A DNA stretch of 64,000 nt, from assembly GCF_009914755.1 (NCBI RefSeq), contig NC_060928.1. The stretch is one strand, 5' to 3'. Source of the stretch: the human T2T-CHM13v2.0 reference genome, Homo sapiens. A program made the position numbers and the translations under genes. This document shows positions 46,253 through 64,000 of this stretch, one piece after another; the stretch's first letter is position 1; the number at the start of each line of letters is the position of its first letter. The notes beneath the pieces are model-generated. The model had not been told where the DNA came from. It did not search any database and was given only the letters and a program-made list of their open reading frames with translations.

Positions 46253-46373
46253 CCATTGCTTCTTTCTGTAAACGTAAAACCATTTCTTCAATTTCATCTT
46301 TTGACTCTTCTTTAGGAGGAAGAATGCCGAAATCTCTTAAAATGTCATTCCATTCTGTATCTTCATTGGGATC
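46253..46373 (-). CDS. PDCL2: Phosducin-like 2, exon 2 ([40 protein letters not shown])
   Basis: AG at 46375-46374, GT at 46252-46251; DTEWNDIL is the PhLP2-subfamily N-terminal motif. Confidence 0.96.
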
Positions 46374-46740
46374 CTACACAAAAAGAAAAGAAAAGAAAAT
46401 TAACATGGTTGTACACTTTAATATGTATTTGGAAAATTCATTAAGATGTAGCACTTCCAAGTATTCAATTGTTCATGAACTCTACAGTTAATTGGTTTTG
46501 AAGAATAAAGCAAAGTGACCTACTTTTTCCTGCTTCCCAGCACTAATGGGATTATATGCTCCACTCAAAATTTTAATAAAATATCAATTTAGAATACATA
46601 TAGAGAATATTAAGGAAGTATCTCCTAAGTCATGGAAAATTTGCTGAAGACTGTATTGGGCAAAACCAATTCACATCATACACAAATACAGTTTGGTTTC
46701 TTTTTCTACAGAAGCATTCAAGACCATCAGATGAACTTCC

Positions 46741-47100
46741 TTTTTTCTTTTTTTTATTATACTTTAAGTTCTAGGGTACATGTGCACAATGTGCAGGTTT
46801 GTTACATATGCATACATGTGCCATGTTTGTGTGCTGCACCCATTAACTCGTCATTTACATTAGGTATATCTCCTAATGCTATCCCTCCCCCCTCCCCCAA
46901 CCCCATGACAGGCCCCGGTGTGTGATGTTCCCCTTCCCGTGTCCAAGTGTTCTCATTGTTCAATTCCCACCTATGAGTGAGAACATGTGGTGTTTGGTTT
47001 TTTGTCCCTGTGACAGTTTGCTGAGAATGATGGTTTCCAGCTTCATCCATGTCCCTACAGAGGACATGAACTCATCCTTTTTTATGGCTGCATAGTATTC
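46741..47100 (-). mobile_element. L1PA 3' end, truncated
   Basis: TTATACTTTAAGTTCTAGGGTACATGTGCAC...CCCACCTATGAGTGAGAACATG. Confidence 0.92.
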
Positions 47101-47102
47101 CC

Positions 47103-47380
47103 TTTTATTTTATTTTATTTTTTTTGAGACAGAGAGATTCTTGCTCTATCACCCAAGCTGGAATGCGGTGGCACAATCTTGGCTCACTGCAACCTCCACC
47201 TCCTGGGTTCAAGTAATTCTCATGCCTCAGCCTCCTGAGTAGCTGAGACTACAGGCTTGCTCCACCAGGCCCAGCTAATGTTTGTATTTTTACAGGGTTT
47301 CCCCATGTTGCTCCAGCTGGTCTTGAACTCCTGGCCTCAAGTGATCCTCCCTCCTCAGCCTTCCAAACTGCTGGGATTAT
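47103..47380 (-). mobile_element. Alu
   Basis: Antisense Alu. Confidence 0.88.
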
Positions 47381-47384
47381 CTTT

Positions 47385-52215
<4,831 letters not shown>

Positions 52216-52792
52216 GTGAAAGAAAAATAAATCTCAGGACCCCCAAATCACTAAGCCAAGGGAAAAGTCAAGTTGGGAACTATGTCAGGCAAACCTGCCT
52301 CCCATTTTACTCCTAAATAAAATAGCTACAAAGACACAAGCTACACACCTCCCTCACAATTTGCCCAAAAGGAAATTCCTTGTGGACAAAGGACAGACAG
52401 AACTGAAAGTCATCCCTCTCAGACTCACCTGAGACAAATGCATATCTGATTGCTTCCTCTGCTCTACTGTTTATGTAAAAGTGCAGACTCACTGAGCCAG
52501 ACTAAATTGTGTATTCAGTGGAAGGCTAATCAAGGACTCAAAAGGATCAAGGACTCTCTTATCTACTTCTGACCTTAAAGCCCCCTCTTGAAGTTGTCCT
52601 GCCTTACTAGACCAAATCAATGTACATCTTACACATATTGAATGATGTCTCCCGAAATGCAAGCTGTACCCCAACCACACTGGACGCATGTCATCAGGAC
52701 CTCTTAAGGCTGTGTCATGGGTACATCCTTAACCTTGGCAAAATAAACTTTCTAAGTCAACTGAAACCTGTTTCAGATATTTCAGATTCACA
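52216..52792 (+). mobile_element. MER4-like ERV1 solo LTR
   Basis: TGTGAAAGAAAAATAAATCTCAGGACCCCCAAATCACTAAGCC...GATTCACA, inserted in L1. Confidence 0.8.
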
Positions 52793-52995
52793 AAGTCTAA
52801 GATAAGGTTCCAACTTCATTCTTTTGCATGTGGATACCCAGTTTACCCAGCACCCTTTATTGAAAAAAAATTAACTGTTGCCCATTTAATGGTCTTGGCA
52901 CTCTTGTTAAAAATTTTTTGAAAATATGTGTGGGTTTATTTCAAGGCTTTCTATTCTACTCTATTTGTCTGTTTTATAGTTTTCAGTATTTATAA

Positions 52996-53293
<298 letters not shown>

Positions 53294-54034
53294 AGTACGG
53301 ATGTTTTATAACCTATTTCTGATCATTCTGTTATCTAAAAATCTCTGTAAATCTGTTTCTGTTGGTTCATGGTCTCATGGTGGCTTATTTCCTTGTGTGC
53401 TTGGTTACCTTTGACTGATTTCTGCTTTCTGTCCTCGAAAACTTATTGATGGGAATTCCTTAAAGCCTAAACTAAAGACATCTTCCTCTACAGAGGATTT
53501 ATATTTTTTTTCTTCCAGGTATTTGAGAGCACTACAATATATAACGAATTCACAGTTTAAGGTTGCTGGACCACCCAACAATACGACTCAGGTTACAAAT
53601 CCATATGAGAGCTGTCTTAGGCCGAAATGTTTTTCGACAGGGTTTACTCCTTTTCATTTTCTCTTCTGTTCCAATAAGCACCAAGATATCCTTCCCTGAA
53701 TTCTCCTAGACATGTGTTTACCTCCGGTTCACCCTCCTATTCATCTCCCATCCTTTGATGGACCAAACCCTTTGGTTCCACCTAAAATAATTTTCTATCA
53801 TTCTGACTTCTTAGCTGGGACAGACTCCTGTAATAAAAGACAGATTAACAAGAGAAAAAGAGTTTATGAGTATGTATACCTCATGGATACATTGGAGATA
53901 CCAGGGAAAATGAGTGTATGTCAAAGAGGTTGCTTAAAATTCAGGCTTAAATACCATGTTTCGCTGAAACAAAAGAAGAAGGGTATGTGGGAGGCAAGTT
54001 ATGGGGAGGTGACCAGGAAAAGCAGGGTACATTA

Positions 54035-54935
<901 letters not shown>

Positions 54936-55522
54936 TGAAATTTTATCTAACAGAAACAGGCACCACAATCTATTTGCTCAAACTATGAAGGCATTTACCA
55001 TGCCATTAATAGTTATATCTGTCTTCTTCTTGTTCCCTCATTAGTAAGCTCTTAGAACAGGTCTGTATCTAAAACATAAGCACTGAATAACTGGCTGTTG
55101 AATTAATCAGTAAACCAACAAAGATTAATGTGATGTTGCCTTCACTGTCAATTACATTTCAAATCTGAAGAGCAGATGCAAATCAGGACAAATCTGCAAT
55201 GTTTTTACACACATATAAAATGTGCTTGCTACGAATCCATTATTAGCATGAAAGGACTGGCCATAAAAAATTATATGTAACTGATGTTCAAAATATCCTA
55301 ATAAATTATACAGTACATAGAAACACCCAAAATTAAATATGTAAAATGAGAAAAATCCCCGTGGTTTTAATCTGCAGGAGCAGGTGGGGAAAAGGTGTTT
55401 CTGTAAGTTAGAAAGACAATTTTACTGTACCAAAAAAAAAAAAGGACGGCACAGGCTTCTGATTAATAAGGAACCATTAGACAGAGGAGGAGCCTTCTAA
55501 GAAACATTTTGGAAGTCTGAGT

Positions 55523-55787
55523 TTTTGTTTGTTTGTTTGTTTGTTCTGAGGCGCAGTCTCACTCTGCCGCCAGGCTGGAGTGCAGTGGCGCAATCTCGGC
55601 TCACTGAAACCTCTGCCTCTGGTTCAAGCGATTCTCCTGCTTCAGCCTCCCAGGTAGCTGGGGCTACAGGCGCACGCCACCACGCCCAGGTAATTTTTGT
55701 ATTTTTAGTAGAGATGGGGTTTCACCATGTTGGCCAAGATGGTCTCAATCTCTTGACCTGTGATCCGCCCGCCTCCGCCTCCCAAAA
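55523..55787 (-). mobile_element. Alu (AluSc-like, 5'-truncated)
   Basis: Antisense Alu. Confidence 0.88.
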
Positions 55788-56149
55788 GTCTAACAGAGTT
55801 TTTGAGGTGAGGTGCAAGAAACTCTAGGGACATATGGTATTAAGACATATGTGACTAGTAGGTTTTCTGTTCTTATTTTTTAAGGTAGTGGAGGAGGACA
55901 ACCAAATTGAATTACACTTGGGCTAACGTTGCCGCTCTATTAAGTCAAAAATAGTATTCAGCAGTAAGATTTCTATGATTTTGGTGTGAAACACAATACG
56001 TAACAACTCTTTTAACGTTTTCTCCAGCGACAGACACAAGTCTTAAAGGCTGAAAAAATGGCGTTCTCCTAGAGGATTTTTCTCAAAACTAGACAGAGAA
56101 GCACGCAAAATTTAGCACTTTCCAAGAACAAATGTTAGAGCCTACCTCC

Positions 56150-56490
56150 TGTGTCCGCCCTCCCCATTTGTGTCCCTTGGCTTCGGGCCCAGCTGGAGAC
56201 CCACTGGGTGTTCCAGGGTGGCTCGGCAGGTCCCGACCCTCACCTGCATGATGCGCTGCTCTGCCCCTCAAGAGCCCGCGTCGTCCTGCAGCTGGCGAGG
56301 CGCCACGGATGGAGACCCGCAGCCTTCTCCAGGCTGGAAGAGCGCCCGCTTCAGGCCCGGCGGTTTCGAGTGACCGCCAGAAGAGGGAGAGGCGAACAAG
56401 GACTTGTTACGCATGGGCGGGCGTGGCAGCTTGGTTGCCAGGCAATGCAGAGGCCCAACACAGGGGATGGTTGTGGGTACTGACGCGCCA
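56150..56490 (-). promoter_or_regulatory. PDCL2: PDCL2 small CpG-island promoter with GC box, X-box-like motif and CRE half-site
   Basis: Local CpG enrichment; GGGCGG 56415-56420; GTTGCCAGGCAAT 56434-56446; TGACG 56481-56485. Confidence 0.7.
56244..56249 (-). CDS. PDCL2: Phosducin-like 2, exon 1 coding part (MQ)
   Basis: CGCATC ATG CAG|GTGAGG in a small CpG island; phase 0 joins exon 2 to give [10 protein letters not shown]; total CDS 726 nt. Confidence 0.92.
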
Positions 56491-56720
56491 GGTCCTGGAG
56501 CATCTATCCCAAGCACTGCCTTTCCTGTTCCCTTTGTGGTGCTGGTGCTGACATTCTTGTCAACTTTTCCCTCCATCACCACCATTGAATCAACCGATTG
56601 TTTCAGAGACTCTGGCACCCTTCAAACCCTGAGTCCTGTCTTCATGGAGAAATAACAAACTCCTGGGGTGGAGAACCCTTCAGAGGAGGCGTTCTTAACC
56701 TGGAATCCATAGACTATATA

Positions 56721-57018
56721 TTTTTTTGTTTAGAGACAGAGTCTTGCTCTGTCTCACCGGCTGGAGTGAAGTGGTGCAAACACTGCTCACAGCAGCCTCC
56801 ACCTCCACGGCTCAAGCAGTCCTCCTGTCTAAGCATCCCATGTAGCTGGGATCACAGATGCATGTGCCATCATACCCAGCTAACTTCTTAAATTTTTTTG
56901 TACAGACAGGGGTCTCACATGTTGCCTAGGCTGGTTTTGAACTCCTGAGCTCAAGTGATCCTCCCACCTCAGCCTCCCAAAGTGCTGGGATTACAGGCAT
57001 GAGCCACTACACTTAGCC
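56721..57018 (-). mobile_element. Alu (AluJ-like)
   Basis: Antisense Alu. Confidence 0.88.
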
Positions 57019-57218
57019 CATACAATGTATTTGGATAGATTTTAGGGAATATCTTGCCCCCCAGCCCCCAAGTGTACTACACGTAATTTTGTTGTATGTG
57101 TACATTTTTTTCTGAAATTAAGAGCCAGAGCTTTCATTAGATGCTTAAATGGGACTGTAGGCTCCCCAACTCCATCTTAAAAAATCCACTGCCTTAAGTG
57201 ACAGAAGCTCTGGCTTTA

Positions 57219-57498
57219 GGCCAGGCACGGTGGCACAAGCCTGCAGTCCCAGCTCTTTGGGAGGCTGAGGCAGGTGGATCACTTGAGGTCAGGAGTTCAA
57301 GACCAGCCTGGCCAACATGGTGAAACCTCATCTCTACTAAAAATACAAAAACTAACAGGATGTGGCAGGTGCCTGTAATCCCAGCTACTCAGGAGGCTGA
57401 GGCAGGAGAATCACTTGAACCCAGGAGGCAGAGTTTGCAGTGAGTCAAGATCACGCCACTGCACTCCAGCCTGGGCGACAGAGTGAGATCTGTCTAAA

Positions 57499-57527
<29 letters not shown>
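57219..57527 (+). mobile_element. Alu (AluS-like)
   Basis: Flanking repeat AAGCTCTGG(C/T)TTTAGG. Confidence 0.9.
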
Positions 57528-57530
<3 letters not shown>

Positions 57531-58897
57531 CTGGTTTTAGGTAGGATGCCTAGACAGGTAGGGGTTCCTCTGTGTTTAAATTAAGGAAAGGATGTTTACT
57601 GGGAGATGCCAGGAACTTGAGGAAAACACTTGGTGTTTTATACAAGTTGTTTTACACAGTTCCAGAGATATACTCACAGGACTTGGAAAGAAAAAAAATG
57701 TTTTTAATGACATAACTTTAAACTTGGGTTCAACATGGGGCCAGTCCATCTCTAGTGCCTAGCTGATACTTAATACAAATCTTATACTCCTAGTAGCCCA
57801 TATATTCTGTTGTGTTTGTGTATGAGACATGAATCTGTTAAATATAAATAATTAAGAACATATCACAATTTTTGTAATCATGTCTTGGTATTTTTCTCAT
57901 CTTCTTCTTCTTCCTCTTTCTTCTTCTTATTCATCCCAGGAGCCCTAAAAATGTTACCTATGTCTCTCTGGATTTCTGAGAGGCCCTGGGAACTGCTGAT
58001 TAAATTAATATTCTTTTCTTATTTTGACAATCCAAAGTCCAGGCTAGTGGAAGTACTGTGCACAGAACTAGCTAATGCTGCCCCATGCATTTGTGGTTTT
58101 AGGGCAGCATGCTCTCCTTGCTCTCAAGTCCCCATCTTATCAAGGCAATTTATTTTTCTAAAAATAATGTATTTTTTTCTCTTCTGCTTCTTCTTATTAA
58201 CCTGAGTTCTTCACTCAGGTTAACAAGAAGTGAAATTCAGGAACTTTGTTAGTAAAAGGTGTAACTTAAGCTATAATAATTGGTCAACATTAGAAAGACA
58301 AAGATTTGTTAGATACTCTGCTCTGAAGAATGTCTGTATAGACCCAATTCTACCTACTCAAAAGAGCCACTCCTTTCCAATCGGCCAGCAACCTTCCTGA
58401 TGGAGGAGGTGGGAATCTAAGACAGAGGTCAGAAGGAAAAAAGATCAAGGGGAACCTGAGAGGAGATAAATTCAATCTCCATCTGAAGTTAACTCTGTGC
58501 CCACTAAACATTTATTTGATGTTAAAAGTTCCCAATGTGTGTTCATGATCCTCTATTAATAAGATTATTTTCTTTCTGCTAATAGACAAGACTGGTTGCC
58601 TTTCAGATATTGCGAGGTGAAGTAACTTATTTTAGGATAAATTGAATACTATGAGTTGGTAGAAGAAGTTAGTCCTCTGATATATTTGTAGCAATCAGAA
58701 ATCCATTATACAGTTTATAAATCAGAACTTGCTTATTGGACTATTGGATGGGTTATGGCCCAATCCTCCAACTAGTATAGTTTCAGTTGGTGCTCACATT
58801 CTAAGATTGGTAGCTACTGGGCATTCTGGTATTTATGAGAGCTGGTGGTTTTGTCACTGACAAAAATCCAAACATGATAAACTAAAACAGCTCATTA

Positions 58898-59281
<384 letters not shown>

Positions 59282-59304
59282 TCAAACCTGGCAGGGATCT
59301 AAGG

Positions 59305-59543
59305 AACATCATTATTTACAGGTTTATTACACAGTATTTCTCATTAAAACACTAAGCAAAAATATTTTTAGATTTTTTAATTTTCAACAAATTGAACATT
59401 TACAACATTGTTACAACTGAGAACATTGACAACACAGGGATTTTCAACAGAGTACATTTAGCAAGGATTTTTTTCAGAAGAAAACAAAATGTCAGTACAT
59501 TTTGTATTCCATAGCATTGCTCTGTGGAAAATTAGCTGGCATC
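59305..59543 (-). other. NMU: NMU terminal exon (all 3' UTR; 3' end approximate)
   Basis: Acceptor TTTTTTTACAG|GATGCCAGC (AG at 59545-59544); candidate poly(A) signals ATTAAA 59376-59381 and AATAAA 59323-59328. Confidence 0.75.
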
Positions 59544-59652
59544 CTGTAAAAAAAGAAAAATTGAATTAAAGTGTAAATGACCACGTGAATGTGTGTATAT
59601 AATGTTTGTATATAGACATTTCTATAAATATTTTGTCATAGAATAACAGTAG

Positions 59653-60074
<422 letters not shown>

Positions 60075-60849
60075 TGTCTGTATATTTTTAACTATATATC
60101 ATTTAATCTGTCTCTAATGGAACACTTATTCTGTATGTCTGTGTCTTCCAACAGTTTACAGTATTTAACTATTTAAAAGTGATTTCCTAAAGCTCATTAA
60201 TACCAATAAGATTTATGAATAAGCTATTTCAAAGGCTTACATTTACTCCTTGTATATCTATTTCCTCCTATATTTGCAACTAAATCATTCTATTTTATGT
60301 TTAACCACTTTCTAAATAAATATAGGTCATCAGGATAGAGAAAGGCCTTAGAAAATCAGATGAGAAAAACAAAGAAAAAATGATTATTATATTGTTTTTC
60401 TATTGGCAAAATAAAATGAAATCACGAGTACATTAGTTTATGGACACCCTAATCTTGAAAATAATCTGAATAAAGCAATTATTCTCAATTTTGGAGGTTT
60501 TTTTTTTTTTTTACTAAATTCACCAAATCATGGATTAAGTTCTGTTTCACATTGTGAACACTCTAATACTTATTTCAATGTTACAATCACAGGTATTTTT
60601 TCCCATTTAATATTAAGCTATTTAATAAAATTTTTAAATGCCAATGTACATTTATAATATTATAAAAGATAAAATAGTTTCTTTTCCATTAGCTCTCTGT
60701 TCTTTGTTCCTTGAAAAAATACAAAATTAAGGATATGTTTTCTCATATTCCTTATGTGAACATAATTTATCAGGCCTCTTCTGAAGCAGGAGTTAATACC
60801 AAACACAGTCTGCAAATTCAAGTTCCTAATTATGTCCCATGAGCACATT

Positions 60850-62507
<1,658 letters not shown>

Positions 62508-63281
62508 CTAAAATGAATGATATATTTGAAAAAATATGTTCAGCATAAAATCTGGATTTAGGATTACAAAACTTAATAGAATACACTTTTATTTCTGTGG
62601 TATAAATTTATGAATCTGCATTTGGGTTTGATTTCAACTTTTATTGTCTAATAAAATATTAGGATTAACATATTTATTAAACATGTGGGAACAGTCAACA
62701 GCTACTAAATTTCTACTCTATGTCCAGCACTGAGGTAGAAATTCTGGTAGCACAAAAGAAGAGGTAACATTCTCTCATGTCTTTCCACATTTTAAAATAT
62801 TCTCTAGAAACTGGTAAATCACTAGCTTTTATAAAGAATCTTTGAGTATCAGTTATTTAGATGACAGAAGTACTTTCAGTCCGTAAATCTTGGCCCGTTA
62901 TGATAGACACTGATTACTGCAATAAGAATTCATTCCCTGACATATCCTACTTGCACAATAAATGATGATAAGATCAATGTCTACAAAATCACTTATGATC
63001 ATTACTATTGTGACATAGTCTGAGGAATAAATGACATAGGCAAAGCAAATGAGGCCCTAAAATACTGGTATTTTCTCATTACAATAAAGCCCTTACAGCT
63101 CCTATCATTGTAGTATTTATATGGAACATTCATGTACATATGCAATCAAATAATAGAAATACATTTAACATAGTTTAATTTGTGACTATTTGAAAACAAC
63201 AGCAAATGTCAAACTGTGTTGAACTGTGAAATGCATACTATTTTATTTATTTATTTGTTTATTTATTTCTCACATACCATT

Positions 63282-63317
63282 TTAAATGAACCCTGCTGAC
63301 CTTCTTCCATTCCGTGG
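63282..63317 (-). CDS. NMU: Neuromedin U precursor, last coding exon (PRNGRRSAGFI*); exon spans 63278-63317
   Basis: AG at 63319-63318; PRN-G-RR is the amidated NMU C-terminus, Gly donor and dibasic cleavage site; TAA followed 4 nt later by donor GTATGT. Confidence 0.93.
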   Translation of the reverse strand, partial: PRNGRRSAGFI

Positions 63318-63399
63318 CTGAAAAATAATAGATTAGAAATAAATCAGTGTAACTAAAGATGCAAGCTAACAGTCATAGAAACAGATCGATGATTTAGAG

Positions 63400-63560
63400 G
63401 AGTGTTTAACGTGCATCACAATCATCTAGAGGGCTTTTTACAACATAGACTGCTGGACCCCATAGCCAGAATTTCTGATTTAGTAAGTCTGAGAATCCTG
63501 AGAAATTTGTATTTCTAACAAGTTCTGAGGTGCTGCTAATGCTGCAAAGACCACCATGAA
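63400..63560. mobile_element. MER5-like hAT DNA transposon
   Basis: GAATTTCTGATTTAGTAAGTCTGAG...GTATTTCTAACAAGTTC. Confidence 0.65.
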
Positions 63561-64000
63561 CTAGATGCTATTTGACTTTGCTTATTTCCTTGATGGTACC
63601 AACATTTTAAAACAAATGTTCTCAATTTTAATTTGATATGAACCAAAATGAACTTACTGAAGTCAGGGCTGTTTAGCTGCTTACTTCTTCCTGCTATCAG
63701 TCCAATTCCTTCATTCAATCCATTCTCTAATTTGCTGTTAGAATTATTTTCCAAAAGGCAAATCTTACCACATTTGCCCCCTCCTTAGCCTTTAGTGTAA
63801 AGCTGAAATTTCTTAGCTAAATATTTCATCAACCGATTCCCATTGATGCTTCAGGATTCAGCCCTTGAAGTCTTCTCTGTACCTCTTCCATTCCCCAGCT
63901 GGAATTAAATGCTTTTCTTTTGGAAATCACAGCCTTTGGACTACAAGTGCATTTCACACAGTACTTTATATTTGTTTACTTATCTGTTTTGAGCCTATCT

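Noticed and set aside
56089-56891. ORFs around the PDCL2 promoter
   Set aside because: GC-rich or Alu-derived; only the ATG-CAG followed by a GT donor fits the PDCL2 protein

Overview
This is primate genomic DNA, recognisable as the human 4q12 CLOCK-PDCL2-NMU neighbourhood, although a closely related ape cannot be excluded by eye. All three genes lie on the minus strand. The window holds the CLOCK CpG-island promoter, a non-coding first exon and part of intron 1 (about 1-11.7 kb; no CLOCK coding exons are present). It holds the complete six-exon PDCL2 gene, whose CDS I reconstructed by hand as 6+121+91+144+209+155 = 726 nt, giving 241 aa plus stop with all introns GT-AG. It also holds the last two exons of NMU. 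Much of the rest is Alu, L1, MaLR and ERV1 LTR sequence, and almost all ORFs in the supplied track are repeat-derived or GC-rich artefacts. I see no evidence for a wholly new gene system. The most interesting unexplained structures are: a 3'-truncated 7SK retrocopy plus a separate inverted internal 7SK fragment in CLOCK intron 1; a 90-nt near-perfect hairpin in PDCL2 intron 3; an intact LTR12 pointing into CLOCK inside a convergent CTCF motif pair; and inverted Alus bracketing the NMU terminal exon about 3 kb upstream of PDCL2. Repeat boundaries are approximate unless a target-site duplication (TSD) is quoted, and subfamily names come from memory of consensus sequences, not from a search.
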